Part shown: piece after piece, positions 40,049 through 49,880 of the stretch
Position numbering within the stretch: position 1 is the stretch's first letter
How the letters are laid out: every line of letters begins with the position of its first letter
NCBI GenBank assembly: GCA_965218105.1
Contig: OZ244585.1
Span: forward strand, 2,960,597 to 3,024,596
Direction of reading: 5' to 3'
DNA: 64,000 nucleotides
From: Pyrinomonadaceae bacterium
Lineage (GTDB): Bacteria; Acidobacteriota; Blastocatellia; Pyrinomonadales; Pyrinomonadaceae
Position numbers and translations under genes: made by a program
Notes under the pieces: model-generated
What the model was told of the DNA's origin: nothing
Databases searched by the model: none
What the model saw: only the letters and a program-made list of their open reading frames with translations

Positions 40049-40816
40049 TCAAATTTCTATTTTTTCGCCGTCCCGCGCTTCGATGACTTCGCCGGACGGC
40101 GAAAATTTTGCGACTTCCGCCGCGAAATCAACCGCGTCCCATTCCGGGTAAAGATGCGTCAGAATCGTTTTTTTCGGCTTGGCGTAACGAATTAAATACA
40201 TCGCTTCGCTGAGAGTGAGATGCGTTTTGACCGGACTTTTCTCGAAAAACGAACATTCCATCACCAGCAAATCAACTTCCCGCGCCAGCGTTCCCAAATC
40301 TTTGGTGAATCCGGTGTCCGACGTGTAAACGAATGTTTTTTCGTTTACATCTCTGATGTGAATCGCCAAACTTTCTTCCGTGTGCGGCGTTTTGACGACG
40401 ACGGCTTCGACTTCGGGCAGAATTTCAAACTTTTCGAGCGGTTCGACTTCGACAATTTCAAGCGGAAACGGCTGTTCAAAAAGTTCGTAATCGGCGGCAT
40501 CGTCAAATGCTTTAAGCAGATTTTTTAAACCTTTCGCGCCGAAAATTTTCAAAGGCTTTTCTCTGTTCTGAGTTTCCGGCGCGTATTTCGTGCCAAACAA
40601 AAACGGCGCGATTCCGCCGACGTGATCGAGGTGAAAATGCGAAATCCAAATCGCGTCCAAATTCGCCCAATCGCAGTTTTCCCGCGCCATCTGATGAACC
40701 GCCGAAGCCGAACAATCAAGCAGCAGCGAACTATTTTCAGTTTCCAGCCAAAAGCCCGACGAACTTCTTTTCGGGTGCGGAACGGAAGTTCCCGAACCGA
40801 GTATTGTAAATTTCAT
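40049..40816 (-). CDS. MBL-fold metallo-hydrolase (RNase Z/ElaC-like)
   Basis: HFHLDHVGG motif. Start at the internal ATG (MKFTILGSG) directly after the TGGAAT-repeat leader. Confidence 0.8.
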   Translation of the reverse strand: MKFTILGSGTSVPHPKRSSSGFWLETENSSLLLDCSASAVHQMARENCDWANLDAIWISHFHLDHVGGIAPFLFGTKYAPETQNREKPLKIFGAKGLKNLLKAFDDAADYELFEQPFPLEIVEVEPLEKFEILPEVEAVVVKTPHTEESLAIHIRDVNEKTFVYTSDTGFTKDLGTLAREVDLLVMECSFFEKSPVKTHLTLSEAMYLIRYAKPKKTILTHLYPEWDAVDFAAEVAKFSPSGEVIEARDGEKIEI

Positions 40817-40939
40817 ATTCCAGATTCCAAATTCCAGATTTGCCAGAATCTTTTCTTGACAACTAAAATCGAACAAATATAATTATAAACTTTTTCAATT
40901 AAAAGTTTGGAATATGAAATTTGGAATTTGGAATCAAAA

Positions 40940-41677
40940 ATGGAAATAGACATCTTGGCAATTTTCGCGCATCCCGACGATGTGGAACTGACGGTCGGCG
41001 GAACGCTTCTGAAAATGAAATCGCTCGGCTACAAAACCGGCGCGCTCGACGTGACGAAAGGCGAAATGGGAACGCGCGGAACGGTTGAAGGTCGCGCCGC
41101 CGAAGCCGGAGAAGCGGCGAAAATTCTGAAACTGGATGTGCGCGAAAATCTCGAACTGCCCGACGGTCACGTTTGGGTGACGGAAGAAACGCGCACGAAA
41201 CTGGTCAGAGTGTTGCGGCGTTTGAAGCCGAAAGTTTTGCTGACGCACCAAGCCGGCGATCCGCACCCGGATCACAATCATATCGTTCAATTAGTGCGCG
41301 AAGCGGCGCGATTGTGTTCGATGCAGAAATACGATTTTGATTTCGGGCAGGAAAGAACGGATGTGCCGATTGTCGCGCACAATATTTTTTCGCAGCGCGT
41401 TACGCCGTCGTTTATCGTAGATATTTCGGATTTTCTCGACGAAAAAACCGCCGCGATTCGCGCTCATAAATCACAGTTTTACAACCCGAACGCGGGCAAA
41501 GACGAACTCGAAACGCGTCTGACGAGCGAAGGATTTATTGACGAACTCGAAAATCGTTCGCGTTATTTCGGCAGTTTAATCGGTGTCGCGGCGGGCGAAC
41601 CGTTTTTCGTGCGTGAGGCGTTAAATGTCGAAGACCCGATTGCGCTTTTAACCGGACCGATGAATCTTTATTCGTAA
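40940..41677 (+). CDS. PIG-L/LmbE family deacetylase (BshB1-like)
   Basis: ILAIFAHPDDVELTVGG ... DVTKGEMGTRG. Start at the ATG at 40940. Confidence 0.82.
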   Translation: MEIDILAIFAHPDDVELTVGGTLLKMKSLGYKTGALDVTKGEMGTRGTVEGRAAEAGEAAKILKLDVRENLELPDGHVWVTEETRTKLVRVLRRLKPKVLLTHQAGDPHPDHNHIVQLVREAARLCSMQKYDFDFGQERTDVPIVAHNIFSQRVTPSFIVDISDFLDEKTAAIRAHKSQFYNPNAGKDELETRLTSEGFIDELENRSRYFGSLIGVAAGEPFFVREALNVEDPIALLTGPMNLYS

Positions 41678-41681
41678 AAAA

Positions 41682-42209
41682 TTAGATTTGCCGTCCGAGT
41701 TCGGGAACGATGTAGAGCAGCCACCACAAAAGTATCTGAATCGCCAGAACGATAAAACTCAGAAAAAAGCTGACGAGAGCGAATTTGCGTCCGCCGAGTC
41801 GCGGATTACGCAAATAATTTAAATAGCCGAAACTGCTGACGATAAAAGTGAACGGCACGAATAAAATTCCCAGATACGGCACGAGCGAATAGACAAAACA
41901 CGCCCAAGCCATTTGCGAAAACGTATTTTCGTTGCGTTCAAACAGATTTTTGACTTCTTCGCTTTTGGAATTTTCGATTAAAAAAGACTGTCCCTGCAGC
42001 CGATAAGAAGCCCGCAAACTGTCGAGCGGCTGATAATCTTCTTTGAGAAGTTTTCCGCAAATCAAACAAAATTTTGCATTACCGCGCCGTTTTTCCGCGC
42101 CGCAGGCGGAGCAATTTTTTTCAACAGACAATGAAATTCGAGAAACGGGAAATTGTTCGCGCTCAAAATCGCGCTCCGAATTTTCCGTTTTTCGTTTTCC
42201 GTTTTCCAT
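41682..42209 (-). CDS. Zinc-ribbon membrane protein
   Basis: CSACG...CLICG ribbon followed by about 3 TM helices. Its start overlaps the NurA-like stop (TAATG). Confidence 0.55.
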   Translation of the reverse strand: MENGKRKTENSERDFEREQFPVSRISLSVEKNCSACGAEKRRGNAKFCLICGKLLKEDYQPLDSLRASYRLQGQSFLIENSKSEEVKNLFERNENTFSQMAWACFVYSLVPYLGILFVPFTFIVSSFGYLNYLRNPRLGGRKFALVSFFLSFIVLAIQILLWWLLYIVPELGRQI

Positions 42210-43420
42210 TATCTTCGTCGTCCTTTGCTCGCCGCTTTTCGCGCGACGCTGAAGTTTAGTTTTTCACGTCCGGCGAAGTCTTGTAAAGCTCCGAGAAAAA
42301 CTTCGCGGTCGCGCATCGTAATGACCGCCGTTTGATCGGCGGTTTCGAGCGCGTAAGGATAACCCAAACCGATGACGCATTCGGCGCGGACGACATCCAA
42401 AACTTCGTTTAAAAGTCCGGCTTCGTAAACCCACGTCGGAACGTCGAGCCGCGCCGGTGCGGAATCGGAAGTCGTTTGCAGATATGTAAACCCGACGATT
42501 GAACGATTCGTTTCCGCATCAATAAACGCGCTCAAACCGCGTCGTTTTGAATAACAAAAACAAGTTCGGTCGCCCCAATTTGTCAAAACCTGCTTAAAAT
42601 TTGTCGTCGCCGCGTGAAGAATTGTCGCGTCATAAAGCGTTCTGACGTTTGATAACGCGCTGTCGCCGAAATTGTCGAGCAAAGTCAGCAAATCACGCGC
42701 GTAACTGCGGTCAACGTAACCGACGAGCGGGACTTTCGCGGCGATTGAAATCCGCGCGAGTTCGACTAATTTATTGGTAAAGCTGACTTGCAGACTCGTC
42801 TGCGGATGCGGCGTTGACAATAAAAGCGTGCCGTCGTAAAAAGCCAGCGGCATTCGTTCGCCGCGTTCCTGCCAGCCTTTTTTCTTTTGCAAAAAATCTT
42901 CAACGCGATCAATTTCCGCTTCAAAGCGAAACTGTCCGACCTTCGTTTCGGGAATCACGGGTTCGTCCTGCGAAAGCAGTTTTTCGGGCGAAAGCACCGA
43001 GAATTTCGCGTTTTTTTCGTAAGACTGTTCTAAATTATGCGGATTTTCAAACCAGCCGATTTGAATCGCCGCGACCGGCAGCGAAGTTTCCTTTTCGGCG
43101 TAAAGCTGGCTTCCGTCCGCCGCGAAAGTCGTGCGGTTTTGCAGAATCTCGTTCGCCCACGCCCGCGCTTCTTCGTGATTACGCCATTTTTCTGTGAAAT
43201 TAAACGAAAAAGATTTCGTTTCGTTTAATTCATCGGACGGCAATGCGCCCGCGTCATCTCTATCCTGCAATTTCTCCCAAATTTCCGCGCTCGGCGTATC
43301 ACAGAGAGATTGCAGTTTTCCCAGATAATCCGTCAAATCGCCGAATTGCGTTTCGGTAAAACGCTGAAAATCGGCGCGCTGGTTGTGAAGTTCGGATGTT
43401 AAAAGTTCTCGAAAAAGCAT
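42209..43420 (-). CDS. NurA-like nuclease domain protein
   Basis: 403 aa. FAADGSQ, AFYDGTLL and GLGYPYALETADQTAV resemble NurA motifs (DGS, DGsL, GYPy.L..AH). Confidence 0.65.
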   Translation of the reverse strand: MLFRELLTSELHNQRADFQRFTETQFGDLTDYLGKLQSLCDTPSAEIWEKLQDRDDAGALPSDELNETKSFSFNFTEKWRNHEEARAWANEILQNRTTFAADGSQLYAEKETSLPVAAIQIGWFENPHNLEQSYEKNAKFSVLSPEKLLSQDEPVIPETKVGQFRFEAEIDRVEDFLQKKKGWQERGERMPLAFYDGTLLLSTPHPQTSLQVSFTNKLVELARISIAAKVPLVGYVDRSYARDLLTLLDNFGDSALSNVRTLYDATILHAATTNFKQVLTNWGDRTCFCYSKRRGLSAFIDAETNRSIVGFTYLQTTSDSAPARLDVPTWVYEAGLLNEVLDVVRAECVIGLGYPYALETADQTAVITMRDREVFLGALQDFAGREKLNFSVARKAASKGRRR

Positions 43421-43430
43421 TTTTTTTATT

Positions 43431-44105
43431 TTACAAAGTTAGTTCGGCATACCAGAAACTCGCCATCTCGCCCGACGGAAAAACCGGCGCGTGATTGTAG
43501 ATTTGAGCGATTTTGTAATTGACCGGATTTTCAAAAAGTTTGCCGTCAAAAACAAAAGTATGAAACTCGCCGTTTTCGCCGCAGGCATCTACGCCCTCCG
43601 GCAAATCTTTGACAAATTGCTCATCAAAAACGCGCCCGCAAAACTCTTTGGGAAGATATTTTTCATTGACGCAAATGACGACCGAACGAAAACCTTCGCG
43701 CCAGAATTCATTGACCAAACCCAGACGATTTTCGTTCCACAACGGCAATATCGCTTCAATTCCCGCCGCCGCGCAAACATTTTCTTCCCAATCGCGGTGC
43801 GCTTGCAAATCAATATCGCCGAAAATCGCCGCGTCGAAATTGTGCGCCTTCAACCGTTTCAATTCATCAACAAAAACCGTTTCGTAACTCTCCCACGACG
43901 CGTTCGGCGTAATTAATTCCAAATAGAGCGCGTCGGCTTGCGCCCGCATTACTTCCCGCGAAACCGAATGCGAACGGGAACGCAAACCCGTCTCGTCAAA
44001 CATCGTCAAAAGATGCGTCACTTCACAGCCGTTTTCAATGGCGCGGTTCAAAGCGAGACAAGAATCTTTGCCGCCGCTCCACGAACAAAATGCTTTTTGT
44101 TTCAT
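43431..44105 (-). CDS. PP-loop ATPase of the MJ0570/Dph6-like (ATP_bind_4) family
   Basis: CSWSGGKDSCLAL PP-loop. 224 aa. 10 bp upstream of the NurA-like gene. Confidence 0.78.
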   Translation of the reverse strand: MKQKAFCSWSGGKDSCLALNRAIENGCEVTHLLTMFDETGLRSRSHSVSREVMRAQADALYLELITPNASWESYETVFVDELKRLKAHNFDAAIFGDIDLQAHRDWEENVCAAAGIEAILPLWNENRLGLVNEFWREGFRSVVICVNEKYLPKEFCGRVFDEQFVKDLPEGVDACGENGEFHTFVFDGKLFENPVNYKIAQIYNHAPVFPSGEMASFWYAELTL

Positions 44106-44192
44106 TCAAATTCCCCGTGATTGTTCGCGCTCTGTAAGAAACCAAGACAAACTGCGCCAAATTTTCCAGATCAATTAAATTCGGGCTGCTGT

Positions 44193-44657
44193 CTATAAAT
44201 AATCGTTCGGATTTTCAACTGCCAAACCTTCGGCTTTTGCAGCATCGTTTGACTCATTGTCGGCGGAAACGAAAACTAACGCGCTTAAATTATCGGTCAA
44301 TCTTTTGCGGTTTGTCTCCAAAGCTGTTGCAAGTTGGATCGCATCATAACCGCGAAGCGCATAAGTTTCGGTCAATTTAACAGCTTCGTTGATAATCGAA
44401 TCAGTCACGTCAACTTTTCTAAAATTACTGCTGAAATTGCGGCGAAATCGTGAAACCGCTTTTTTCGCCTCCTGCCCGCTGATAACCAAACCTTTCTGTT
44501 TTCGGGAAAATGCGGCGCACACCTCCGCCTCAGTAATTTTTGAAGAATAAACGCGGCTTCCAGCCGAAGGGCGAAGCAATTTGATTATAAATTTCGTTCC
44601 CTTTTCGACGGAATACCTTTTGACCAGCGAACTGCTGTCGAAATACAGCGCGTTCAT
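44193..44657 (-). CDS. vapC: PIN-domain toxin VapC
   Basis: YFDSSSLVKRY, TEAEV, GYDAIQLA acidic PIN residues. Confidence 0.85.
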   Translation of the reverse strand: MNALYFDSSSLVKRYSVEKGTKFIIKLLRPSAGSRVYSSKITEAEVCAAFSRKQKGLVISGQEAKKAVSRFRRNFSSNFRKVDVTDSIINEAVKLTETYALRGYDAIQLATALETNRKRLTDNLSALVFVSADNESNDAAKAEGLAVENPNDYL

Positions 44658-44948
44658 TTACTGCCGCTCCCGAATAATCATTTCCGAAAGCGGCTCACCT
44701 TCAAACTTAACCGGCTCAAAATTGTCAAATTCTTCGTCCGTTTCGACACGCGTCGGAATACTGCCGATAAATCCTTCGGCAAAAAGTCTGCGTTCAAATT
44801 CATCTTCACGCGCTTCAATTTCGTCTTCTGAAAGTTCTTGAACAACCTCAATCTGTTCGACTTTTCCAGCAATTTCGACGAGCGTTTTCAAGTCTTCATT
44901 TGATATTATTACCTGATTTTCGCCGTAATTTCTTGTTTGTATGTTCAT
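44658..44948 (-). CDS. VapB-type antitoxin
   Basis: 96 aa, directly abutting the vapC start. C-terminal GEPLSEMIIRERQ tail is common in this antitoxin class. Confidence 0.6.
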   Translation of the reverse strand: MNIQTRNYGENQVIISNEDLKTLVEIAGKVEQIEVVQELSEDEIEAREDEFERRLFAEGFIGSIPTRVETDEEFDNFEPVKFEGEPLSEMIIRERQ

Positions 44949-44955
44949 ATTTTTC

Positions 44956-46284
44956 CTACTTTACGCGGCTCGTCCGGCGTTTCATAAAATCCATCAAAAC
45001 AAACTGCGTCAAGTTATTCGGATTGGCGAAATACGCTTTGCCGCGCGTCATCGCGGACATTTGTTTGACGAATTCGACGAGATAATAATCGCTCGCCAAC
45101 ATAAAAGTGTTTATCATAATGCCCGATTTGCGGCACGCCTGGACTTCCTTCATCGTTTCCGCCATTACGAACGGGTCGTTGCCCATCGAATTTTTGTAGA
45201 GCATTTTCTTTTCGCTTTTGACATCCCGCGAGTAGCGGCGGTGCGAGAGATAAGCGGCGTTGGACGGTTCGATGTAACACGCCGTCGGTTTGCCGTCCGT
45301 CACCATCACGATCTGCTTCATATCTTTGCGCTGCGCGTTTAAGATTCGGCGGGCTAATTTCAAACCTTCCGCCGTGTTCGTGTGATACGGTCCGACCTGC
45401 GTCGTCGCCAGTTTTGCCAGCGGCAATTCTTCCGCGCCGTCGTGAAACAGCACGATTTTTAATGAATCACCGGCGTATTGCGTCCGAATCAGATGCGCGA
45501 GCGCAAGCGCGACTTTTTTGGCGGGCGTGAAACGGTCTTCGCCGTACAGAATCATCGAATGCGAGCAGTCGAGCATCACGACGGTCGCGCACGACGATTG
45601 ATAATTCTGCTGATAAACGTGCAAATCTTTGTATTCCAAATTCAGCGGAACGCCCAAACCTTCGCGCGTAATCGCCGATAAAAGCGTCGAATTGACATCC
45701 AGATTGATCGTGTCGCCGAATTCATACTGTTTCGACGCTTGCGCGGCTTCGATTCCGGTGTCGAGATAATGCGTGTCGTGTCTGCCGATGGTGGATTTGC
45801 CCATCGAACCGAGCAGTTTTTGCAGAGTTTTGTAGCCGAGAAAATCCAAACCTTTTTCGGTTACTTCAAAACGAATGTCGCGCGGCTGCGCTTCGCCGAC
45901 TTCGCCCTGTCCCTGACCGTTTTGCCGCTGCTGCGACTGCGGTTTTTCGACTTCTTTTAAATTTAAATAACCTTCTTCGACCAATCTTTCAATCAATTGA
46001 TTAATTAATTCTTCCAGCAGCGAACCTTTAAATTTTCCGTCATTATCGCCGAGCATTTTTTCGACATCCTGCTCGTCTAAAATTCCCTGCTCCATCAACG
46101 CTTCGAGCAGTGCCTGACGCAGCGCGTCCATCGAATCGTCCATTTGATTACGCTGGCGCGTCCAGTAATAATCTTCGTTATAGCCGGAATCGAGCATCAT
46201 ATCCGACAGCGAATTCATCAGATCGCCGAGATTGATGTCCGACACATTAAAACCTTTGAATTTTGAATAGCGAATAAATTTCAT
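44956..46284 (-). CDS. VWA domain protein (CoxE-like)
   Basis: 442 aa. [15 protein letters not shown] in the C-terminal half. No MoxR ATPase partner in the window. Confidence 0.72.
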   Translation of the reverse strand: MKFIRYSKFKGFNVSDINLGDLMNSLSDMMLDSGYNEDYYWTRQRNQMDDSMDALRQALLEALMEQGILDEQDVEKMLGDNDGKFKGSLLEELINQLIERLVEEGYLNLKEVEKPQSQQRQNGQGQGEVGEAQPRDIRFEVTEKGLDFLGYKTLQKLLGSMGKSTIGRHDTHYLDTGIEAAQASKQYEFGDTINLDVNSTLLSAITREGLGVPLNLEYKDLHVYQQNYQSSCATVVMLDCSHSMILYGEDRFTPAKKVALALAHLIRTQYAGDSLKIVLFHDGAEELPLAKLATTQVGPYHTNTAEGLKLARRILNAQRKDMKQIVMVTDGKPTACYIEPSNAAYLSHRRYSRDVKSEKKMLYKNSMGNDPFVMAETMKEVQACRKSGIMINTFMLASDYYLVEFVKQMSAMTRGKAYFANPNNLTQFVLMDFMKRRTSRVK

Positions 46285-46440
46285 TCTTTTATCTTCCTTT
46301 GCAACCTGTTTTTTCGACTTGCCATCTGAGACGCTAAAGTTTATCTTTGAAGTTGCAGACTTTCCCCCAAATTTTTACTTTCCCAAAACTTAGTATATTT
46401 CACTCTCCCCATAAATTAAAAAACCAAGGAGTGAAAGATT

Positions 46441-46812
46441 ATGAAAAAGTTTCTAGCAAGCGTTCTTATTTTGTTCGTTTTTATGATTACGGTTCCGCTG
46501 ACGGCTTCGGCGCAGTGTTCACGCACAAGGCGTTCGGTCAGAAGAACGACCGTCAGCCGAAGTTACGCGCGAACGCGAACGGCGCGTCGTCCGGTTTATT
46601 ATCAAGCGCGCGGTTACAGTTACCGGCGACCGTCGTTTTATCAGCGTCACAAACACGTTATTGATGTCGGCATCGGAACGGGCGCGGGCGCGTTGATCGG
46701 AGGACTTCTCAAAGGGAAACGCGGCGCAGGTTGGGGCGCGTTGATCGGCGGCGGCAGCGGCGGACTTTACACGACGGTTTTAAAACCTAAAAACCGAAGA
46801 ATTTATCGTTAA
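46441..46812 (+). CDS. Secreted glycine-zipper protein
   Basis: Signal peptide, Arg-rich linker, GIGTGAGALIGGLL...GALIGGGSGG. Confidence 0.55.
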   Translation: MKKFLASVLILFVFMITVPLTASAQCSRTRRSVRRTTVSRSYARTRTARRPVYYQARGYSYRRPSFYQRHKHVIDVGIGTGAGALIGGLLKGKRGAGWGALIGGGSGGLYTTVLKPKNRRIYR

Positions 46813-46820
46813 AATTCAAC

Positions 46821-46914
46821 GTAGCGCAGTCGTCCCGACTGCCGTCCGGCGGGCATCTTGCCTGCCGATGTTCAAATGCGAGACGCACTTGAGACGGCGG
46901 TCGGGACGACTGCA
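46821..46914. repeat. MITE/REP-like palindromic element, family 2, copy 2
   Basis: gcgcagtcgtcccgactgcc ... ggcggtcgggacgactgc. The interior matches the reverse complement of the copy 1 interior (cgtctc.agtgcgtctcgc...). Confidence 0.75.
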
Positions 46915-48759
46915 TTACTCGTAAATTTTCTCGATAATGTCGTGATATTTTTCACTGACAACGCGCCGTTTGACTTTCAAAGTCGGCGTTAATTCGCCGC
47001 CTTCGACCGTCAGTTCATTTTCGAGAAGCGCGAATTTTTTGACTTTTTCGTAACGCGAAAGATTTTTCGACAGTTCGGCGATTTGTCTCTCAATCAAATC
47101 AATAATTTGCGGATTTCGGCAAAATTCCGCCGGAGTTTGAATCTCCAAATCTTTGTGTTTGGCGTAACTTTCAAGCTGTTCAAAATTCGGCACGATCAGC
47201 GCGGCGGGGAATTTTCGCCCGTCGCCGACAAGCACGACCTGACTGACGAAGCGCGAACCCAAAATCAACTGTTCAATCGGCGACGGCGCGATGTATTTGC
47301 CGCCGGAAGTTTTGAAAAGCTCCTTTTTGCGGTCAGTAATTTTCAAAAATCCGTTTTTATCAATCGCCCCGATGTCGCCGGTTTTAAACCAGCCGTCTTC
47401 GGCGAAAACTTCGCGCGTTGCTTCCGGTTTGTTGTAATAACCGAGCATCACGTTCGGACCTGAAACTTCGATTTCGCCGTCTTCGGCAAGGCGAATTTCG
47501 ACGCTCCGAATCGGTTTTCCGACCGTTCCCAATTTCGTGTGCATCGGCGTATTCGATGTCACCACGGGCGCGGTTTCGGTCAAACCGTAACCCTGCAAAA
47601 TCGCAATGCCCGCGCCGGTGAAAATCAAATAAATTTCGTCCGACAACGGCGCGCCGCCCGTGATGCAGAAACGCAAATTTCCGCCGAAGAATTCGCGCAG
47701 TTTCGAGAAAACGATTTTATCGGCGATGCTGTGCTGAACGGCTAATATTCGCGGAACAACTTGTTTCTTTTCAACCAGTTGCGCGTATTCTTTACCGACT
47801 TCAATCGCCCAGTCGAAAATTAATTCTTTGGCGCGGCTTTCCTGCGCGGCTTTGACTTTTGCTTTGGCGTAAACTTTCTCGAAAATTCGCGGCACGCCGA
47901 CGAAAATTGTCGGCGAAACTTCGCGCAGATTATCCGCCGCTTTATCAATTGATTCGGCGTAATAAACCGCCATTCCGTTCAAAATATAGACATACATTCC
48001 CGAACGCTCGAAAACGTGCGACAGCGGCAGCACCGAAAGTGCTTTGTCTTTGCGCGTAAAACTGTAATCGGTCGCCGAATTGACCGCATTTGAAATTAAA
48101 TTGGTGTGCGTCAGCATCACGCCTTTCGGTTCGCCGGTCGTTCCCGACGTGTAAATCAGCGTGGCGACATCATTCGGTTCAACCGATTTTAGTAACGTTT
48201 CGATTAGTTCGGGATTTTCGATTTTGAGTTTCGCGCCTTCTTTTTCCAGATCAGCTAGTGAAATTATGTTCGGTTCGGCAACATTTGAAGAATCAAAAAG
48301 AACAATTTTTTTCAGCGTCGGACAATTTTGCAAATTTTCCTCGACGCGCTCTAAATATTCGCTGTTTTGCACAAAGAAAATCTGCGCGCCCGAATCTTTG
48401 ATGATGTATTCGACCGAATTCGGCGCGAGCGTCGTGTAAATCGGCACATCAATTATTCCGACAAATTGACAAGCCGCGTCGGTCAGAGTCCATTCCGGCG
48501 AATTCGGCGCGAGCAGCGCGATTTTATCGTCCTTCCGCAAACCGAGCGAATAAAGTCCGAGCGCGATGTTTTCGATGCGCGAAAGCATTTCATCGGACGA
48601 AATCGCCCGCCATTCGCCGTCTTTTTTGAAATTCAAAGCGTCTTTGCGATTGTGATTTGCCGCCGCCTGCCGAAATAATCCCGCCAGTGTTTCCGGCGCG
48701 TCCGCCGTCGAGTAACGCCTGACGGTTTGTTTAATTCGATTTTTTATTTCGCTTTGCAT
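46915..48759 (-). CDS. Long-chain fatty-acid--CoA ligase (AMP-forming)
   Basis: YTSGTTGEPKGV AMP-binding motif. 614 aa. Confidence 0.9.
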   Translation of the reverse strand: MQSEIKNRIKQTVRRYSTADAPETLAGLFRQAAANHNRKDALNFKKDGEWRAISSDEMLSRIENIALGLYSLGLRKDDKIALLAPNSPEWTLTDAACQFVGIIDVPIYTTLAPNSVEYIIKDSGAQIFFVQNSEYLERVEENLQNCPTLKKIVLFDSSNVAEPNIISLADLEKEGAKLKIENPELIETLLKSVEPNDVATLIYTSGTTGEPKGVMLTHTNLISNAVNSATDYSFTRKDKALSVLPLSHVFERSGMYVYILNGMAVYYAESIDKAADNLREVSPTIFVGVPRIFEKVYAKAKVKAAQESRAKELIFDWAIEVGKEYAQLVEKKQVVPRILAVQHSIADKIVFSKLREFFGGNLRFCITGGAPLSDEIYLIFTGAGIAILQGYGLTETAPVVTSNTPMHTKLGTVGKPIRSVEIRLAEDGEIEVSGPNVMLGYYNKPEATREVFAEDGWFKTGDIGAIDKNGFLKITDRKKELFKTSGGKYIAPSPIEQLILGSRFVSQVVLVGDGRKFPAALIVPNFEQLESYAKHKDLEIQTPAEFCRNPQIIDLIERQIAELSKNLSRYEKVKKFALLENELTVEGGELTPTLKVKRRVVSEKYHDIIEKIYE

Positions 48760-48824
48760 CGCTTTCAGATTTCAGATTCCAAACGTCTGACTTTGAAATT
48801 TTTCTTCCAATTTGGAATTTGGAA

Positions 48825-49439
48825 TCATTTGTTAACGCCGCCGAAAAACACCTTCAAAACTTCATTCGCCATCGGTTTTAAGGCGTAAGATTTTTTCGAT
48901 AAAATCCAATTCGTGACCATTTCATCCAGCGCGCCGTAAAGAATTTTCGCGCCGACGACCGGCTTCAAATCCTTGCGAAAAACTCCGCTTTTTTGTCCGT
49001 CTTCAATCGTCTGCTGAATGATTTTCAGATAATCGGCAAAACCGGCGGCGGAAAATTCTTCCATAAATTTGGTCGAACCGCGCAGTTCGATTTGAAAAAC
49101 AATCGCCAGATCACGATCCGCGCCGAGTTTTTCCAGATGCAGTTCGGCAATTCGCCGCAATTTTTCCTGCGGTTCTTCGAGTTCGGTAATTTCGCGCTCG
49201 CCTTCGCTGATAAAATCATCCATCGCGCGGTCAAAAATCGAATGCAGAATCTCGTCTTTGCTTTTGAAATAAAGATAAACCGTGCCGTCGGCGATTCCCG
49301 CCGCGCCCGCAATATCGGCGACTTTTGAATTAAAATAACCCTTCTGCGCGAAAACTTTGATCGCCGCGCGAAGAATCGCTTCGCGTTTATCGGCGACGAC
49401 GGCGCGACCTTGACCATTTGAACGAACTAAACGGGACAT
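48825..49439 (-). CDS. TetR/AcrR family transcriptional regulator
   Basis: AAIKVFAQKGYFNSKVADIAGAAGIADGTVYLYFKSKDEIL HTH. Confidence 0.9.
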   Translation of the reverse strand: MSRLVRSNGQGRAVVADKREAILRAAIKVFAQKGYFNSKVADIAGAAGIADGTVYLYFKSKDEILHSIFDRAMDDFISEGEREITELEEPQEKLRRIAELHLEKLGADRDLAIVFQIELRGSTKFMEEFSAAGFADYLKIIQQTIEDGQKSGVFRKDLKPVVGAKILYGALDEMVTNWILSKKSYALKPMANEVLKVFFGGVNK

Positions 49440-49533
49440 AGTAATTTTGGATTTTAGATTTTGGATTATGGATTTGAAGAAATCGTCAATAATTTACCTC
49501 AAAAACCTTGTCACCAAAAATCGAAAACGATTA

Positions 49534-49551
49534 TGAATGAAGATTCATTCA
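49534..49551. promoter_or_regulatory. Candidate TetR operator palindrome
   Basis: Perfect 8-2-8 palindrome tgaatgaa ga ttcattca, about 95 bp upstream of the TetR start. Confidence 0.45.
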
Positions 49552-49634
49552 GTTTTTCTATAAGGTTATAACAGAGCGGAAAGGAAAATCAACAGAAATT
49601 TTGCGAAAGCGGAATTTTGCGTTGAAAATGAAAT

Positions 49635-49662
49635 GCGATTTCGGAAAAAAATCCGAAATCGC
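49635..49662 (-). terminator. Stem-loop terminator now following only the truncated tRNA copy
   Basis: gcgatttcgga aaaaaa tccgaaatcgc. On the minus strand it is followed by a T-rich tract and lies immediately 3' of the attL tRNA fragment. Confidence 0.6.
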
Positions 49663-49687
49663 AAATCTAAAATCCAAAATAAAAATG

Positions 49688-49746
49688 TGGCGGAGAGAAC
49701 AGGAGTCGAACCTGCATAGGCTTACGCCCGGTAGTTTTCAAGACTA
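49688..49746 (-). repeat. attL: 59-bp duplicate of the tRNA-Ser 3' half
   Basis: Base-for-base identical to 63802-63860. Lacks the tRNA 5' half. Confidence 0.9.
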
Positions 49747-49880
49747 AAAACGCCCTTTTTTAACCAATAAACATACCCGCTTCAAACCCTATTACAAATC
49801 CTGAAATACTTGTCAATGAATAACTTACGAGATATTTCAATTGTTTAGAACAATTGCCCGAAAAGTGTCAACTATTTAAT

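Noticed and set aside
49688-49746. A second tRNA-Ser gene
   Set aside because: Only the 3' 59 nt are present, with no acceptor 5' strand or D-arm. It is the att duplication.
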